From Fonticula alba ATCC 38817 (taxonomy: Eukaryota; Protista; Nucleariida), in NCBI GenBank assembly GCA_000388065.2, contig KB932201.1: 48,260 nucleotides of DNA; one strand, 5' to 3'. The position numbers and the translations under genes were made by a program. The notes beneath the pieces are model-generated. The model had not been told where the DNA came from. It did no database searches and was given only the letters and a program-made list of their open reading frames with translations. Shown here one piece after another: positions 24,627 through 36,403 of the stretch (the stretch's first letter is position 1; each line of letters begins with the position of its first letter).

Positions 24627-25403
24627 TCAAGGTGTGAAGGGGTTCCCGAGGAGCTCCTGCCGCAGGCGGACTGTCCGATGCCAGATGTGAAGGTCGACGG
24701 GGAGGGCATCCGCGCCGGTCTCCTCCCCCTCGCGATCGGCGTCATCAACCCCAGGGCCAATGTGGCGAACAATGCGCGCGGAAAGGAGGCGCTCCGGCTT
24801 CTTGGAGGCCAGGAGGGGCGCATCGGCTGGGGGCCGGTCCTCGGTGACGATGCCAATCACCTGAACCAACGGCCCCCCGAGGGCGGTCGGGACCCAGGCT
24901 GGCATGCGCCCGTCAATGCGACTCAGATCCAGGGCGATCTTCGAGGAGGGGAGCTCCTTCCGGCGGGTGATGCGAAATTCGACCGCGCCGTCGGCGTGGC
25001 CGAGCGTGGCCGGGCACGGCTGGCCCCGGTACAGTGGGATCTCCTCCAAAAAGAAGTGCCCCCCATCGGCGATGAGGCTGCCCGCGTCGAGGACCGGGAG
25101 CCCGGTGGTAGGAGGCTGCTTGTTAGTCCGCATGCTCCGGAGTGTGTTGGCACACGGGCCAAGGGGCCGTATGGGGGCGCATGGAATCTCCCGGCCCGGC
25201 ACGGCCGGGCATGGAGGGGCGGAGAAAGGAGCGTACATGCCGATCACGCGCACCCCGTGGCCCAGGGCCGAGGGGAAAAGAAGCTGATGCACCAGGGCCG
25301 GGACCGCGATCGACCGGCAGCTGTGAGGAATGGGGATCTCGGCCGGGGGGGCCGCGATGACGGCCGGCGGAGCACCGGATGGGTCCATCGCCTGGGGACG
25401 CAA
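24627..25403 (-). CDS. Small OB-fold protein, TEN1-like (CST complex); RPA3-like is the alternative; probable intron 25236-25078
   Basis: Motif spacing GVRVIG...IALDLS...LVQVIGIV...LLSARIV...VDLHIWHRTVRLR resembles TEN1 (LRTFG...IVLGEL...VKARVL...MNLPLLEQAIR). Based on recall only. Confidence 0.55.
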   Translation of the reverse strand: MRPQAMDPSGAPPAVIAAPPAEIPIPHSCRSIAVPALVHQLLFPSALGHGVRVIGMYAPFSAPPCPAVPGREIPCAPIRPLGPCANTLRSMRTNKQPPTTGLPVLDAGSLIADGGHFFLEEIPLYRGQPCPATLGHADGAVEFRITRRKELPSSKIALDLSRIDGRMPAWVPTALGGPLVQVIGIVTEDRPPADAPLLASKKPERLLSARIVRHIGPGVDDADREGEETGADALPVDLHIWHRTVRLRQELLGNPFTP

Positions 25404-25849
25404 CGAGTGTCTCCTTCTCGGGGCGCGGGAGGGGAGGGACCAGAGGAGGACGCGAGGCCGGGGAGGAGGAGGAGGGCAGGGAGGCGACAGCGGCAGCGGG
25501 GGGAGGAGGAGGGGAGCCAGGCAGGGGGAGGGGGGGAGAATGCACAGCTGCGCTAAACCCAGGAGGCGTGTATCGGATTGATCGGGGGGCAGCGGGCCCC
25601 GGCCAGGGTGGCGCCCCTTGGGGCCTCAGGCCGGGGTCCGCAGGCTGCAGCGGGCTCTCTTCTGAGTGGGGGGGGCACATGCAGGGTGTTGTCTGTGGTA
25701 GATCCGTCCGCCGCCCTGTCCCGGGCGGGGCCGGTCGATGGGGGGGGTGGGGGGAATTACCGGGGCCCTGTGCGGAGCTCCCAATTGTCGGTCCCCGCTC
25801 AAATGCGACGGGTCTTTAGGACCAAATTCTGCCTCTCTTTCCCGTAGAT

Positions 25850-25921
25850 GGGGTAATAGCTCAGTGGTAGAGCACCTGCTTTGCATGCAGGGGGTCTGGA
25901 GTTCGATCCTCCATTGCTCCA
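25850..25921 (+). tRNA. tRNA-Ala(UGC)
   Basis: Complete cloverleaf: acceptor GGGGTAA/TTGCTCC with the G3-U70 Ala identity pair, discriminator A73, anticodon arm CCTGC-TTTGCAT-GCAGG, T-loop TTCGATC. Confidence 0.97.
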
Positions 25922-25933
25922 ACTTTATCTGCA

Positions 25934-26015
25934 ACCGGTGTGTCCGAGTGGTTAAGGAGTCTGACTCGAAATCAGATGGGCTCTGCCCGCACAGGTTCAA
26001 ATCCTGTCGCCGGTG
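25934..26015 (+). tRNA. tRNA-Ser(CGA)
   Basis: Acceptor ACCGGTG/CGCCGGT, discriminator G73, anticodon arm TCTGA-CTCGAAA-TCAGA, long variable arm GGGC-TCT-GCCC, T-loop TTCAAAT. Confidence 0.96.
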
Positions 26016-26020
26016 CATTA

Positions 26021-26058
26021 TTTTCCACCCCGCCCCGCCAGGCGAAACGTGTTTTTTT
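26021..26058 (+). terminator. Pol III terminator T-runs (T4 at 26021-26024, T7 at 26052-26058)
   Basis: These are the first runs of four or more T downstream of the tRNA pair. Confidence 0.7.
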
Positions 26059-26727
26059 CTGCCCCCGCGCCCGAGCGCGCGCGCGTGTGTGTGTGTGTGT
26101 GTGTCTGCCCGTCTTCCCGCCAGTCATATGTTGCTGTCGTGCCCGCGGCATGCTTCCCTGCGGCCGAGAGGGATCCAGTGCGAGTCCGCTGCCGGCGGGG
26201 AGAGGGGGAGGGTCCCGAAAGAGGGGCGGGATAATGCCGCGACGCCGTTCGGATGGATTGCCGTCGGCCGCCTGACTTTTCCGGGCCGGCCCTGGGGGGG
26301 GGGGACCACCAGCGATTTATTTAACCCTAATCCTCTGACTCCTGGCCTCGCGCGGTACTCCTCCGCCCGCCCGCTGTTCGTCCAGGCAGGCCGCACATGG
26401 GGACGGCAATGGGCCGGGGCCAGCCGGGGAGGGGGCCGAGCAAATCCCGAGTCGTGCTTTTGTGTTTCGGTGTATTTTGACAGAAGGCGGGACCACCGGA
26501 AGAAAGGAGAGGGGAGAGGAGGGCCCGTCGGACCCACACCTCCCCCCCCCCCCCTTGTCTCTTCCTCGCTCCCATATTGGCAGGCATTCTCGCGGCCGCA
26601 TGGCCGTCCAGAGGGTGGGGCAACAGCAGATTGAGGGAGATGGCAGAGGCTGGCGCCCCGGACACGAGGCAGGGAGTATGCGAGGCGGAGGGGGAGATGG
26701 CGAGAGGGCGCCCCAGCGAGCACCGGC

Positions 26728-27780
26728 CTACTCGGCCTGGGTGCCGGTGGTGGATGGCGGCATGCTCGCCGCCACCGAGGGAGTGCCCGGGGCGGCCCCG
26801 GCCGAATGCGGGCAGTGAGCACAGCTGGCCCCGGAGGACGTGGCCGCATGGCTGCCGACCGGGGGCAGCTGCGGCTGCTGTTGCTGCTGCTGCTGCTGAA
26901 GGGCGTATTCCCGCTTGAAAAGCCACCGCTTGGCGTCGGTCATGAGACCACGCGTGGTGGCCTCGGCCACGGTGAACAGCGTCGGCGTCATCTCCGTGAA
27001 CATCGGGAGGAAGGCAAACCCGACACCGGCGAAGAAGGCCGCCCCGGAAACCGTCGGGCCATACGCCAGAACATGGCGAATGGCCGGGTGCGCTGGGCAA
27101 CGAGAAACGGTCAGCAGCGGGCCCAGGATGTACAATGGCGGCGGCCCACAGGGGGGGGGGGAGGGGGCAGGGGGAGGGGAAGAGGAAAGGATGGCAAGGG
27201 GGGAAAACGGCCTGCTGCCCCCTCGGCCTAGGCCGGATACGCACCCCGAGGAAGGAGTTTCTGCGCCTTGGTGAGGATGCCCTGGTACGAGAAGTACCCG
27301 TACGCGCCACCAAAGAGGAAGGCGCCAACGAGACTGCTCAAGCCATGGAACTGGCGCGTCATGCGACTGCTCAGCGGCAGCGCAGGGGCCAAGGGGGAGT
27401 CGGAGCAGAAGGTGTCAGCGGCCTGGTGGCGGGGAATCCCAACCCCATCGAGGCAAGGGTACACATGCGCACTAGTTGAGGCCCTCCTCGATATGGAGCT
27501 TGGTGAACATCCACGGGTCCTGGGTGTACTTGCGGTTGACGAAGATGTTCAGCTCGCAGAAGGGGCAGCGAATGACTGGTGGCCGGTCCCCCGGGATTGG
27601 GAGGGGAGAGAGGGGAAGGGGTCAGGAATGCAGGGTCAACAGGGAGGGGGGAGGGGGGCGGGGAAGAGAACCAAGAGCCACGAAAAAGACGGCGGTGAGG
27701 GAGAGGAGGAGGAGGGAGGGGGGGGAGGGGGCGTGCACACCCTTGCCGGTCTTGTCAGCCACGGCATGCCGGAGATCCAT
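26728..27780 (-). CDS. Hypothetical 209-aa membrane protein (two hydrophobic segments, CPFC and CAHC motifs, poly-Q); exons 27780-27741, 27575-27473, 27366-27245, 27092-26728
   Basis: Three GT-AG introns join into a single open frame, and two of them have a clear CTGAC branch point. Codon usage resembles neighbouring genes. Confidence 0.72.
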
Positions 27781-28203
27781 GGTGATAGGGAGGGGACAGA
27801 GGGGCGAGGAGGGGGAGGGGGAAGATCGGGGAGAGGGGGCAGGATGATCGGGCGGGATCTGCTTTTGGACACGCACACACGGCCGCTGGCATGCCATCGT
27901 GGGCCCTTTTCAGATGCGGTCGCAGGTGCGTGGGGCCCTGGGCGCGGCCCTCGGGAAGCGCCGGCAGCTCCTCGTCCGCTCGGTTAAATGGACCATCATT
28001 TCCCGATCACGCGAGCGTCGGAATAATCTTCGTTCCAGACCGGGGTGCCGACGCTCCAGCGCCCGTGGTGTTGGCGGCGCTAGCCGGGCAGCCGACCGCA
28101 GGGGCGCGACGGGGCCCATAAGCGGGGAGAGGCGCCGCCGCGCCCGGCCACGGCCCCCTTTCCTATCGGGCCGCCCGATTACCCTGCGGCTCGGTGTGTG
28201 TGC

Positions 28204-28208
<5 letters not shown>

Positions 28209-28269
<61 letters not shown>

Positions 28270-28361
28270 CCGATCCGGGCTGGCCAGGGACAGGGGAGGG
28301 TGAGCAACAGGGGGAGGAGTGAGTGGGAAAGCCTCAGAGAGAGAGAGAGAGAGAGAGAGAG
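28209..28361. repeat. (TC)29 at 28209-28266 and (AG)13 at 28336-28361
   Basis: Read directly from the sequence. Confidence 0.95.
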
Positions 28362-28604
28362 GCAAGGAGGGAAGGAGGATGGGCGGGCGAGCAAGGGACG
28401 CTGCCAGCGCGAACCGGCGTCAAGGGTCCGGCTGAGGCGCCCGCCCACCCCAAAGACGGGCCGAGGACGCCGGCCGGCTCGCAGGGCCGGCTCTTCGGCC
28501 AGCGAGATCGACGGGCCCAGGGCCCCTGCCAGGCACTAGCCACACTACCAGGTCGTATACTTGGAGCCCCCTTTTGCCCCCTCTCCCCCGCCCTCCCTCA
28601 AACT

Positions 28605-30662
<2,058 letters not shown>

Positions 30663-30981
30663 GCGCCCCGTCTTCCTCGGGAGACGTGTTTGGCGGCGTG
30701 CCGTCCCCCGGGGCCCGACCGCCAGATCGCTCATCAGCCCATGTCCCCTCCCCCTCCTCTCCCCCGGACCCCTGCGCCCAAAGGGGCTCCCCCTTCTTTG
30801 ACATTGCGGGGGTTCCCCGGTCAAAATACCGCAGGCAGGATGCCACGAGTGCCGGCTACTCCGGCGGAGTGGAAAGAGGAAATGCATCACCAAGAATTCC
30901 ACGCTCCCTTTGCGGGCTCTGCGTTTGTGTGTTTGTTTGTGTAGTTTTCCTTCTTTTTTTTTCTTCACCAGCCCCGTCTCT

Positions 30982-32710
30982 TCACCCATGGCGAGGATAC
31001 TTACCTGGGGGTGCAACAAAGGCCCCTCCGGCCGGAGGGCGCTTTTCCGGGTGCTGCTGGTGCTGGTGCTGCTGCCACTGCAGGTGCCCATCAGAGTGGG
31101 CACTCCCACCACTGGCAGACCCTGGCCGAGTCGGCAGCGGCAACATCGAATTGGGGTAGCTGGCAGGCGGCTCTGGCCGAGCACCCGGCGCTGTTGTGGC
31201 TGCCGGGGCAGCAACAGTGGGCGCGTCTGGCGCGCCTGGCGCGGCCGAAGTTCCGCCCAGGGAAAGGGGCGACTCGGTGTCGGAATCCAGCAAGCTGAGC
31301 AAGAAGGCCAGCTCCTCCTGATCGGGCTCCGTGGCGGCCGGGGTCGAACTCCCCGCCAGACCGCCGGACAGTGGCGGGCCTCGGGGGGCGCTGTGGCGGC
31401 CCCCCCCTGGCAGGCTGTCGGCCTCGACAATCAACTGGGTCCGGAGAGCCTGCTTTGCACTCACCTGAGCCAGGGAGACGCGGGAGGGTGTATGGATGTT
31501 GGGGATGGCGCACATGTCAGCACACTGGCACGGAGAAAGGCACCCCAACTAGCAGGGAGGCCCCCCGGGCGGGGGAGGGAGGGAGGGGGTGGGCCAGGGC
31601 GCCCTGACGCACCGCAAGGGACAGCTCGTCGGCAAACTCCCCCAGTAGACCGAGAACGCTTTCGACTTCTTGACTGCGCTCGGCCGGGGTCAGATTGAGA
31701 GCCAAGTCCGCGCCGGGCGCCCGGCCGTCGGCCAAGCCGAGTTCGCTCTCAATTTGGGCAAGATCCCCATCGGAGAGATCGCCCGCCGGGTCGTCCTCCT
31801 GGGCTGCCAACTCGGCGATGCGTTGCTCCATGGCCGCACTGCTGGCCCGGATGCCGTCCAGACAAACGGCAATCAGCTCGGCCAGCGAGGTGGCCTCCAG
31901 GCTGGGGCTGGCTGGCGAGTCCTGGCCAAGGGGCTCGGAGACCAGGGCCGGAGACTCTGCCAGCCGAGCCGCCGGGGCGGCCTGGTGGGCCTCCAGCTGC
32001 TCGACAGGAACCGGGCGCGGCCGTTCCAAGCCAGCCGACAAGGGGGCCGCCTTCGGGGGCCCGGCGACCGCGGCCGACACGGTGCCCGTGTCGGCGGCTG
32101 CACCATTCGCAAGGGAAGCGGCGGCTCCGGAGGCGGCCATGTCCGGACTGCTCTTGGCGCCGGCGGGCAGCAAGGCCGAGATGAGCTGCCCGCGAGCTGA
32201 CACATACCACGCGTGTGACCAAACGGCCTGGGACTCGACCTCCGAGGAGGCGGTCAAATCGGCCGAGGCCGAGGGGGGCCGGGGTCCCGAGCCCGACGAG
32301 CTCAGGCCCTCCTGTTGCCGAGCGAAGGCCCAACGCGAGGCGATGTCCAGGCGATTGAGGGCGGCTCGAACATTGAGGCGCTCATCGAGGGCCTCCAGAT
32401 CGGCCAGGGCCGCCTCACGCAGGACCTCCGTGAAGGCCCCCTGCGCGGCGGCGATCAGATCCTCGCCCGCGGGTGGCCCGGCCGCCCCCGGGCCGGGAGA
32501 CGCATCGGCATCCGACTTGCCAGGCCAGGCATCTGCCGACAGGTGCTGGGCCAGCAGCTGCGAGCAGGAGGCCACCAGCGAGTCCAGGGTCCGATGGTGA
32601 GCCGATGTTAGCTTCGAGTGCCGTAGGTACCGGTGCTGTGCGTTGGGAATGTCAATTGGCCGGGGCTGCCGGTGCCGCATGGACGCATCCAGCGCGATGT
32701 CATCGTGCAT
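30982..32710 (-). CDS. NNF1/PMF1-like (MIS12 kinetochore complex) protein with a long low-complexity C-terminus; exons 32710-31613, 31464-30982 (an alternative last exon would end at 30887)
   Basis: The coding frame is clear. AAQGAFTEVLREAALADLEALDERLNVRAALNRLDIASRWAFAR resembles Nnf1 QRQLTEFWTELCQREFKEIMEERNVEQKLNELDELILEAKER (recall). Confidence 0.55.
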
Positions 32711-33295
32711 TTTTGGCGGCAGCGGGGGCGAGGTGGGCCAGGCGAGGGGAAGCACGGGGCGGGGCAGAGGGCAAGGAGCGGCGGCCGAGTGCAAGAGGTG
32801 AGGGATGGGGGGAGGGAGGGAGACAGGGATTGAGCTGGAGAGATTCTCGGATGGCGGCCCGATCGAGGAAAAATGTCCGGGCCCTTCCTTGTGCGCGCGG
32901 GCCCCCCGCTGGTCCCGCCCCGCCCTTCCCCCCCCCCCGCGCCGCTCGCGGCCGCGGAGACAATTTGAAAGAAAAAACGGCAACACATGCGTTGGCAGTT
33001 GGCTCTATTGGAACAGCATGCAGCCTGCCCAGGCCTTTCTCCGGCTCCTTGTGTGGGGGAGAGTGACGCAGCAGAGTGCGAGGGCGGGGGGGACACAACA
33101 CACACACACACACACACGCAGCGATCCGAGGGGGAGCACAGTGGGTGGTGCCGCACACGGGGGGCAAGGACTCGTGAACAGAAGTGCATGGTGGGAAACG
33201 GGCACGGCACCACGGCTCCGGGCGCGCCGGCACCCCCTCTGGCCAGTGGTGCCAGGCTACGCCGCACGGGACAGGAGAGGCGGGGGAGGGGAGAT

Positions 33296-35573
33296 CTAGT
33301 TGGAGGGGTAGCGCTCGACGATCATGGCGGTGGCCTGACCACCGGCAGCGCAGGCGGCCAGCAGGCCTAGCCGGCCGTTCTCGGCGTGCAGACGGTTGGC
33401 CGAGGTGGCCAGCAGGCGAATGCCGGTGGCCTGGGGATTTGGGTGTTATTGTGTTTTCCGCCGTGTGTGTGCGTGTGTGCGTGTGTGCGTGTGTGCGTGT
33501 GGGAGGGGGGACGGGGGATGACATTCGAATGAGAAGGAGGCGACAGAGGGCAAAAGGAGCGCAAGCCACGGGTCAGACCAGTGCATGCGCGGCGGATACA
33601 TGTAGAGCCAAGACCAAAGGCAGGCACGCACGCCGAAGGGGTGACCGATGGACAGGGACCCGCCCCAGTTGTTCAGGCGATCCATCGGGATCTGGCCGAC
33701 GGCGCCGCCGAACTGGGTGTTCTCCTTGCACCACTCCTCGGACTTGAGGGCGTTCAGGTTGGCCAGCACCTGGCCGGCGAAGGCCTCGTGCAGCTCGAAC
33801 ACATCGATGTCCTGCAGGGTAAGGCCGGCCTTGGGGAGGAGCTTGGCAATGGCATAGGCCGGGCCGAGGAGGAGCTCCTCCTTCGGGTCGCACGACGCAA
33901 ACAGGTGGTCACGAATGTAGGCCTTGGGCGTGAGGCCGAGCTCGAGGGCTGGGGGATGGCGGGACGGCAGGTCAGGGGAGGGCGAGGGGCGAAAGGGGGA
34001 GAGGGTGCGCATGGTGGCAGGCCAGGAGCAGGCACAAGGGCAAGGTTCGTTCGGGTGGCGGCACGTACCACGAGCCTCGGACATGATGAGGGCCGAGCTG
34101 GCGCCGTCAGTCAGGAAGGAGGCATTGCCGGCGGTGACAGTGCCGTGGGGCTTGACGAAGGCCGGGCGCACGCGCGACAGGCGCTGCATGCTGGTGTCCG
34201 GGCGGATGCCATTGTCCTTCTCCACCAGGGTGGGAGTCATGACCGGGGCGATGTCGGTCAGGTAGCCAGCCTCCTGGGCCTTGGCGGCACTCAGGTGCGA
34301 GCGCATGCTGTACTCGTCCTGCTCATGGCGCGACACGCCAAACCGGCTGGCCAGCCGATCGGCCGAGTGGCCCATCACCTCGCCGGTGGAGAACTCCGCG
34401 ATGGCCGGCGCCTCGGGGGCCAGATCGCTCAGCTTCAGGCCCTTCAGCAGCTTGGCCGCCATCTCCAGCTTGCCGGACAGGGTCTTCGGGGTGCGGAAGG
34501 TGAAGGCCAGCATGCGCGAGCGCAGGGGCTTGGAGAAGCGGATCGGCACATCGGACATGGTCTCCACACCGCCGCAGAGGACCGCCTGGGCCTGGCCGGC
34601 GCGGATCTGATCCGCGGCCTGCGAGAGGGCCTGTTTTTTTTTCCCTCCACATGTCAGATGACTGCCCTGCTGGACGGGTGAAAGCGGGTTGCGAGAGGCG
34701 GCACCAGCATGGCCGCCGGGCTGGATGTCCCCCCCCCCCCCCCCCCCCCCCTCGCCCCAGGGCGTGTAGCATGGGCACCCACGCACCACGTTGGAAGAGA
34801 TGCAAGCCAGGGACACGGTGTGGGCCGGGATGTTCTTGGGGATGCCAGCACCGAGGGCCGCCTCACGGGCGATGTTCGACGTGCGGACCTCCTGGATGAC
34901 GGTGCCGGCGATGACGGCATCGAGGATGTGCGGGCTGAGGTTGCATGTGTGGGGACGGACAGGGCGGTCAGAGCGGGGCCCTTTGCCGGGAGGAGGCACA
35001 GGCAGCCGGCGAAGGCAACTCGGGCACGCACTCGATCTCGGTGCGCTGGATCAGCGAGTGGAAAGCCGAGCGCAGAAGGTCGTAGGACATGAGATCGCGG
35101 TAGCCAGAGCCCGAGGTCTGGGGAAGGGGAAGTCCCAGGCGCGGAGGGTAGAGGGAGATGTCGGGATGTCAGGAGGAGGGGGGCGGGGGAAGAGGAGGGA
35201 GCACCGAGCAAGGTCGTACCTGGAAGGGGGTGCGAACGGCGTCGACAAGGACCACATTCGGCCGGCCATGACTGCCGGGAGGTGTGCCGGGGGAGGGGCA
35301 TGGGAGAGGGGCGATGGTCAGCGAGGCATATTTCGGCATGGGGGGGGGGGGGGGGGGGCGACACGAGAGGGAGCATGGTCGATGCATCAGCAAGAGGGCG
35401 CACCGGTCCATGCCGGGCAGCGGCTTGATGTCGATGGCCGGGGCCTTGCCAGACTTGATGCTATCCTTGGTGGTAGTGGTGGTGGTGGTGGTGGTGGCGG
35501 CGGTGGACATGGCACGCGAGATCAGCATGGCCTGCTGGCCGCTGCGGACGCTGGCAATCGAGATCCGGAGCAT
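33296..35573 (-). CDS. HADHB: Mitochondrial trifunctional enzyme beta subunit-type 3-ketoacyl-CoA thiolase; 7 exons
   Basis: [86 protein letters not shown]. Catalytic Cys/His/Cys present; N-terminal transit-like peptide. Confidence 0.93.
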
Positions 35574-36362
35574 GTTGGAAGGATTGGCGGGGGGAGGGGG
35601 AGGGCGAAAAGGGCAAGCGGCGAGGCGAGCACAGAGGGGGGGGGGGGGGGAGGAGGGGGCGAGGGGCGAAAGTGCGGCTGCTCGGCGGCCTGGCGGCCCG
35701 GGGCCCGGCACGCGCGGGCTGATAAAAGCCCCGACCATCAGGGAGGCCCAGTGCCCATGCAAACACCCGCCGGCCCGGGAGTGCATCGTCCCGCCTTCGT
35801 GTGGGAGAAGAGGTCACACAAAGGGTGGCGGTCACTTGTCGGGGTTTCCCTTCCGCTCATCCCTCCGCCGGCCCCCCCTCCCCCGCTAGTCAGCTCCCCT
35901 CCGCTTCCCACCCTCCTGCCACTCTGGCAGAGTGCGAGGCGAAGAAGCCCAGACCGGGGACAGGAGCCGGAGTCGGGGACTTTCACGTGCACGCGTGTGC
36001 GCGGTTCGAGCCGCGGACCGCGGGGCGGGGGCGAGGCGGCGCACGAGCCGTTTTCTGCTTGCTCCCCCCCCTTCTCGTAGGCTTCCCACTGGCGAGCGAT
36101 GGGCAGGCCCGCTGACGCGGGGGGGGGGGGGGGAGAGGGGAGTGTTATTATTTGGTCTGCGCACATTCACCCGGCCGAGGCGCGGTAATTCGCCGGGTCA
36201 CCCGCTGGTGCGGCTTCTCGCTTGTGCCGCATCGGCTGAGAGCCGGCTCATGGGAGGGAGCGGCATCCTTGCATGGGTGCATGTGCGGGAGCGGGTGCAG
36301 GCCTGCGTGGTACATATGCTTACACATGTGTGTGTGTGTGTGTGTGCGTACACTCTCTCCTC

Positions 36363-36403
<41 letters not shown>

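Noticed and set aside
25934-26014. A1-U72 first pair in tRNA-Ser
   Set aside because: Uncommon but known in some elongator tRNAs. All other Ser determinants are normal.
9711-26015. Apparent translation/tRNA-modification cluster (DPH3, TRM5, tRNAs)
   Set aside because: The genes are interleaved with unrelated housekeeping genes, so chance adjacency in a compact genome suffices.
30997-31008. ATACTTACCTGG, identical to the U1 snRNA 5' end
   Set aside because: No U1 stem-loops or Sm site follow. It is the reverse complement of a CAG|GTAAGT site in the minus-strand gene.
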